A DNA stretch of 63,247 nucleotides, the filler included, from Intoshia linei (lineage: Eukaryota > Animalia > Orthonectida), in the NCBI GenBank assembly GCA_001642005.1. It is 8 parts of 8 records of this genome, joined end to end, with 100 filler letters (N's around TTAATTAATTAA, not from the genome) between each part and the next. Parts side by side here need not be neighbours in the genome. Positions count along the whole stretch, not along the records: positions 57,518 to 60,944 come from LWCA01002094.1; positions 61,045 to 62,135 come from LWCA01002795.1; positions 62,236 to 63,247 come from LWCA01002855.1; 5 more parts are not named here. One strand, given 5' to 3'. The position numbers and the translations under genes were made by a program. Positions 57,518-63,247 of this stretch are shown here, in pieces; the first letter of the stretch is position 1, and each line of letters opens with the position of its first letter. The notes beneath the pieces are model-generated. The model saw only the letters and a list, made by a program, of their open reading frames with translations, made no database searches and was not told where the DNA came from.

Positions 57518-57823
57518 TTAATATTATACACACATTCTGTCTAATAAATTAAAAAAATGGGATAACAATTGATTTTAAGATTCTTTCGCAAATGTTAACA
57601 AAAAAAATTAGATGTAATAATTCACTTTAAAGTAAAAAGTATTGTGATATGATGGTTCCACCTGAAACAAATTTGGGAACCATTCCTTTAAATGATTGAT
57701 AATAGTGAATAGTAGGATTTTTAAGTTAGATTTTTAACATTAATTTATTTTTTTGGTATAATAAAAATGTGCCTTTGGTAGAGCTAGGTGCTGTTTTTAC
57801 GTAGTACATAACAGTCAATCTAG
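57518..57823 (+). mobile_element. Helitron-like element, copy G (gap-adjacent)
   Basis: It matches 23640-23943 and ends ACATAACAGTCAAT-CTAG|T. Confidence 0.62.
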
Positions 57824-58552
57824 TATTCTTATAAAATATTCAAACCAACTGAGCGGAAGGTTACAATAGAATGGAAAATATATTAACGTCTCGATATAAT
57901 ATTCAAGATACCCTATATTTTTTAAATAATATATTGAACGAATATATTTATACAGATCAAAATAACTGTTTTCAGTGTTAGTCTACCAAAGTATTAGTTG
58001 TCATAGGCTATAACGGTACCGTAAATTTTTTATTTTACAAGTGGTACAAGTTACGAATCTAAAAGTTTAGATATAAGATTGACCAACTAATTAGAGATTT
58101 ATAAATTGATTATTTCGGTTGACGATATTGCTTGTTTTATCTAATAGAGATGTAATATTAAACACAGTTTCTCAAATTTTTCAATCTTAATGATCGGCAA
58201 TACGTGATAGAAATGAAGGTAAGACTCGATACACAAGCTGACCGACATGATTGTATTTTTTCATGTGAAATTAAATAGTTTCCACACGTGAAACATCCTA
58301 ATACAGCCATGTAAAACTTGCGGCCCGCTGCGACATAATACATTAAACATATATTATTAAATATTCTAAAATGAATTGTTATCGTCACTATTAAACCCCA
58401 ACTGCGTATAGATATAAAATATTAATCTTTTGTAGCGGACCGCAATTTATTTAATAATAACTATTAATCAATTCATTAATGTATAATATATAATAATGTT
58501 TTTACTCTTAGCTGTAATTTTTTAAATTATTTTTCCAGTCTTATCCCATCGA

Positions 58553-58895
58553 ATGCTACAACATTTTTATATTGTGTTAGTTGAGAAATTTCTCATTTTA
58601 CCTAATATTATTAACTTCAGCTGTAATATTTAAAATAATGTTATTTTATTTCAATTATTATAAATGACACGATATTTATTTTTACCACCTATTATTCATT
58701 ATATTTCATTTTCGTGATATTCTTCATAAACATTAAACAAAACATTATGTCATCAGTTCGGATGCTACAACATTTTTATATTATGCTAGATGAGAAATTT
58801 CTCATTTTACTTAATATTATTACCTCGAGCTGTAATGTTTAAAATAATTTTATTTTAATTGTTATAAATGACACGATATTTATTTCTTACCATCT
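58553..58895. repeat. Direct duplication of about 135 bp with about 210-bp period
   Basis: ATGCTACAACATTTTTATATT...TATAAATGACACGATATTTATTT occurs at about 58553-58690 and 58763-58895. Confidence 0.85.
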
Positions 58896-58959
58896 AAATA
58901 AATTTCATTAATTGAAATTTTTAAGTTAGATTTTCAAAGTGAATTTATTTTTTTGGTAT

Positions 58960-59647
58960 ACTATACATACGGTACATATGTTAGCAAACTACAACAACCA
59001 TTTCATTTAAAGAATTCATCTGATAATTTATTAATTGAGGATAACGTACAATTGCCAACTAAAGACAATTTTCCACTACAATCTGATCAATTGAATGTTC
59101 AAGATTCATTAATTGAGGACAACGTACAATTGCCAACTAAAGACATTCCCAATTATGACGGAATGTACGATAGTTTGGCAGTAGTCGACATATCATCAGC
59201 CACCCATAGATAATGGATAGAGTATTTAACCAAAGTGAGGAATGTGAAGTTCGTAGAGCGCATCAAATGAGTCACCCATTACATTGGTATATGAATAATG
59301 GATATTATTATACACCACTAAATATGAATTCTGATATTACTAATCAAACTCCTACTAATTCAGGACGGCCACCTCGTAAAATAACACCCTCATATCTAAA
59401 AAAAACTATATATGATAAATATGATTCAACTGATTAAATATCTCACTCAAAAAATTTTTGTTCTCTTTTCTCTCATCACATATACTGTGAGGGAGGTGTA
59501 TCGTTGCTATAACCTTTACGTGTATATAAAATCTGTATCAATATTGACATTGAGACTTCTCAAAGTCACTTTTACAAATATACTCTCTGAGAAACTCAAA
59601 TTTATAATTTCTTGTTACAAATAAATTATTAGACCTATCTCACTACA
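58960..59647 (+). mobile_element. LTR-retrotransposon 3' remnant with a short LTR of about 151 bp
   Basis: The ORF tail TNSGRPPRKITPSYL resembles integrase C-termini. A purine tract GTGAGGGAGG (59487-59496) is followed by TGTA...TACA (59497-59647), which contains AATAAA. Confidence 0.5.
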
Positions 59648-60422
59648 GTACTTTTACTTAGTTTTTAAAAATTACTTTAAGTACTAAGTACTTTTACTGA
59701 GTTTTATAAAATTTGTACTGAGTACTTTATAAAAAGTACTTTTTAAACTTTATTTAAATATTTTACTTAGATTTTGATTCGTAATTTTTTTAATTACGTT
59801 AAATTTCTTGTGAGATTATGAACTATTAACGACGCAATAAAGAAAACATTGCTAAAAAATTTATAAATTTAGTTATTATACGAATAAATATATTTAAAAT
59901 AAAAATTTAACAAAATACATTAAAATTATCAGTAAGTTGACAGTTACAGTTTTAAACAAGGTTAAATTAATTAATAATTAATTAATGGAAAATAGTCGTT
60001 TTGATAATTTTCCTATAGAGTTGGCAAAAAATCCTCAAGATGTTCAGGATGCATTTAGAATATTTAATTTAACAGAATTTAATGAATATTTTAATAATTC
60101 CATACCATCCAAATCTCTCGAATTTTGGGTTTCAATATATCATTATAAGGATTCTGTTGGTAATCATTTATTCAGAAATATTTCTAAATTTGCTCTGAAA
60201 TTATTGTGTTTACCAATCAGCAATGCCACCGATTTTTCAAAATTAATTTCCAATTAGTTACCATTGATCAATTCTTATAAAATTTTAAAAAATTCCAGAT
60301 TGTACATTATAGCGAAGCATACATGTTGATTTAATAATTATTTAGTTTCTGTTGAGAAACTTAAATTTAACTAATAATGCCAGAAAAACGTTTTTTGTAA
60401 AATTACGTTTTAGGCAGCACTG
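59648..60422 (+). mobile_element. Internally deleted hAT element with a dimerisation-domain remnant
   Basis: GTACTT subterminal repeats lie at 59648-59745. The ORF has EFWVSIYHYKDSVGNHLFRNISKFALKLLCLPISNA. A candidate end is GGCAGCACTG at 60422. Confidence 0.65.
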
Positions 60423-60669
60423 TTAAAAACGTACTAAAAATTTAAGTTTATTATAATTAACTAATCAGTGATTAGTATGGCAAACTTTTTCTAACCTATA
60501 AAATCGTCAAAATATAACCTATCAGAATAAAATTCTAACTTTTCTAATCTATAAAAAATATATTAAAAATTCAATTTGGTCCCCCCTGTTAAATTTTTTT
60601 TTTAAAATAATTTGAAAAATTAAATATTAAGATTTATTATGGTACAATATTAAATATTTTTTAACGTTA

Positions 60670-60944
60670 CTAGATGAAAAAATTTCTTTGTTTTGTGAAT
60701 AATGTCTTCAACATGCTAAAACTTCTTTCTACACCGTTAAAAGTTGGAGGGCCATTTCTCAATTGGATGTACAATGAAGGAGGTTTGAACTGATCCATAG
60801 CTAACATAATTTTTTTGATATCATTCTTTTTTAGTCTTTTTTCTATATATAGTTGTATTTCACATGGGTCAGAAATAAATTGTATTTTTGTATTGTATCA
60901 TATGCTTGATTAATAGTAAACGACTATTTTGCCATGTCAATAAC
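60670..60944 (-). pseudogene. hAT-like transposase C-terminal remnant
   Basis: The reverse-strand translation IQLRNGPPTFNGVERSFSMLKTLFTKQRNF carries a VERSFS motif. Confidence 0.55.
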
Positions 60945-61044
60945 NNNNNNNNNNNNNNNNNNNNNNNNNNNNNNNNNNNNNNNNNNNNTTAATTAATTAA
61001 NNNNNNNNNNNNNNNNNNNNNNNNNNNNNNNNNNNNNNNNNNNN

Positions 61045-62135
61045 ATCAAAAAAGCTGACATTCAAATTAAAAAATTTAATATCAATTTTATATTTATTTT
61101 CAATTATTTTGTGAAATCTTGGGTGTTTTGATGTTAAAGAAACGCGCATCTCATTTTTTACATTAAGACGATTACGATATTTGTTTTTTAAGTAACATAA
61201 TGCTGAAAATCCAATTTCACATAAATATGAGGTTGAGAAGGGAAGAAGTATATCAAGTGCTATTTCTGAATATTTGGATAAGTTTGAAGTGCTATAAACC
61301 AAAAATTTGTTAAATCATTAGCACCAAATTCCATCTCCATATTGAATTTAAATGGATTAATTATCCACCCTTCATCGAGATCTAATTCTCCTGGTAAAAA
61401 ATAATTATCAAAACAGTCTTTTAGAGTCTCAAGATGCAAAACTATATCCAATTTTACTTTTTCTGATAATTTTGAACAATTTTCACATAAATGTTCTAAT
61501 AATGGAAAATTAAGTACCATTATTCATCTGAATACGCCGAACCCATAATTCTAATTTTGATTTAAACGCTTTTAATATATATATACTTCTCTCCTTGTAA
61601 CGAAATATTAAATTCATTTAAGTGGAAAATATCTGCTATATAAGTCACCATCTGTAAGAATTCCACAGATTCAAATGCTATTGATAGGTCAGATTTACGA
61701 TTTCGTAGAAAGTAATTTATCTCTTCTCTGAGTTCATAAAATCTATTCAATACTCTACCCTTTGATAGCCATCTTATTTCAGTATGAAAAAGAAGAATTG
61801 AATGTTCGCTATTATAATCTTCACATATTGACTGAAATAATCGATGATTTAAGGCTTGGGATCGTATAAAGTTTACAATTTTGACACAGGATGGTAAAAC
61901 TATCTATTTAAATTCATGGGTAATGTTTTTGATGCTAGAACTTGTCGATGTATAAGACAATGTAACTTTAGATTAGTTTTTAATTCATTTTTAAGTAATG
62001 CAGCAAATCCAGAACGATTACCCAACATAACAGGAGCTCCATCCGTACAAATTGAACCAATTTTGATTAAATCGATATTACTGCTCATGAAAAAATTTTT
62101 TACTAAATCGAATATATCCTTTGCTGTACATGTTT
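61045..62135 (-). mobile_element. Second degenerate copy of the Buster transposon at 31366-33651
   Basis: Peptides are near-identical ([64 protein letters not shown]). It is flanked by gaps on both sides. Confidence 0.92.
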
Positions 62136-63247
62136 NNNNNNNNNNNNNNNNNNNNNNNNNNNNNNNNNNNNNNNNNNNNTTAATTAATTAANNNNNNNNN
62201 NNNNNNNNNNNNNNNNNNNNNNNNNNNNNNNNNNNGTAGTAAATATCCATAGATATTTACTATTTACTAAAGATATATTGATACTATATATTACTATACT
62301 GTCCAAGAATCTTAATTATTATTTTAAATTATTATTGTATAATTAAACACCTACTCGAATAATCGACTTCTTTACAGATACAAACATTCAATTCGGAGAT
62401 ATTATTGCTTATAATGTAAAGTGGTCTGAAATACGTACTATCTTTTTTAATTTATTTGGAATGAATTTTAAGCCGAAAAATTTTGTTCATTATCTTAGAT
62501 AAGTAGTTTTGTCTATACATTTAACACCAAATAAACTAAAATTTATAGTAGGTATTTTTTCTGGCTACTTTATCTAAAGCAGGGTGATCCACCTGTATTC
62601 ACATAAAATCTATTTTCACATTTTCCATTTTTTGAAGATTTACCAGAGTGGGGAAGGTGAGAACGCAAGATAAAAACAAGCAATTGGTTGTTCGAATATC
62701 TTAATTATTCAGTTTCACATACAATTAATTAATCACAGTCATACATAACAATTAACAACTATTATTAGAAAAAAACTACCAGACAATGATAGTAAAAATT
62801 TTTAAAAAATCTTTTATACGACACATTTCTCATTTTTCTATTTTGTCTAGTTTTCGATCTAATTCAAAGTACAGTAAACTTTGTCTATCAACTTCAGCTT
62901 CAACTTTCTGCAACTCAGTGGGAAGAAAATAACGACTATCAGGTTGCCAGAGCTGTTAAATATTTTACAATAAAGATTTGCATATCGGAAATTAAAATAC
63001 GACCATTTTAAATATACACTTTTTCGTCAAAAATTTCAAAATTCGGAGGGCTTTGGGCGACCCCTAATTATTAGTATTTTTTAAAAATATTTCACACAAG
63101 GTATTTTTGTAACAAATCGAAGCTTTTGAGAGGGTGAGCCATGAAAAATTAAAAAAAAAAATTTTTACTTTTGATTTTGAATTACCCTAGTGTATAATTA
63201 TTTTACAATTTTAAAATGAAAGAATATCCTGACATATTTTGTATAAA

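Overview
This window is very AT-rich, intron-containing eukaryotic (animal) genomic DNA with mostly tiny GT-AG introns (about 26-65 nt). It has seven artificial 100-nt gaps (N44-TTAATTAATTAA-N44). The architecture fits a compact invertebrate genome such as the orthonectid Intoshia linei, but that is inference only. Host genes were rebuilt by hand across introns: an uncharacterised minus-strand gene (about 2.5-5.9 kb), DDX27/DRS1, a weakly supported unknown plus-strand gene, MLST8/LST8 (split by a Gypsy-filled 3.9 kb intron), CREBRF/REPTOR, the 3' half of TMEM231, C1D, ANKRD42, HYOU1/GRP170 with upstream UPRE motifs, a TBCK-like pseudokinase and a two-exon orphan. The rest is decayed transposons: MULE, PIF/Harbinger-like, Tc1, a pogo-like MITE, a Chapaev-like element, three Ty3/Gypsy-type remnants, many Buster-type hAT elements (one nested with perfect target-site duplications, TSDs) and at least seven copies of a Helitron-like hairpin-CTAG family. 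I found no strong evidence for a new biological system. The best leads are the TOR-pathway neighbourhood (LST8, CREBRF, TBCK), the Helitron-like family, AGTAAC-starting LTRs, a duplicated HYOU1 C-terminal module and a GC-rich intronic island in DDX27. Gene identities rest on recalled motifs, not database searches.
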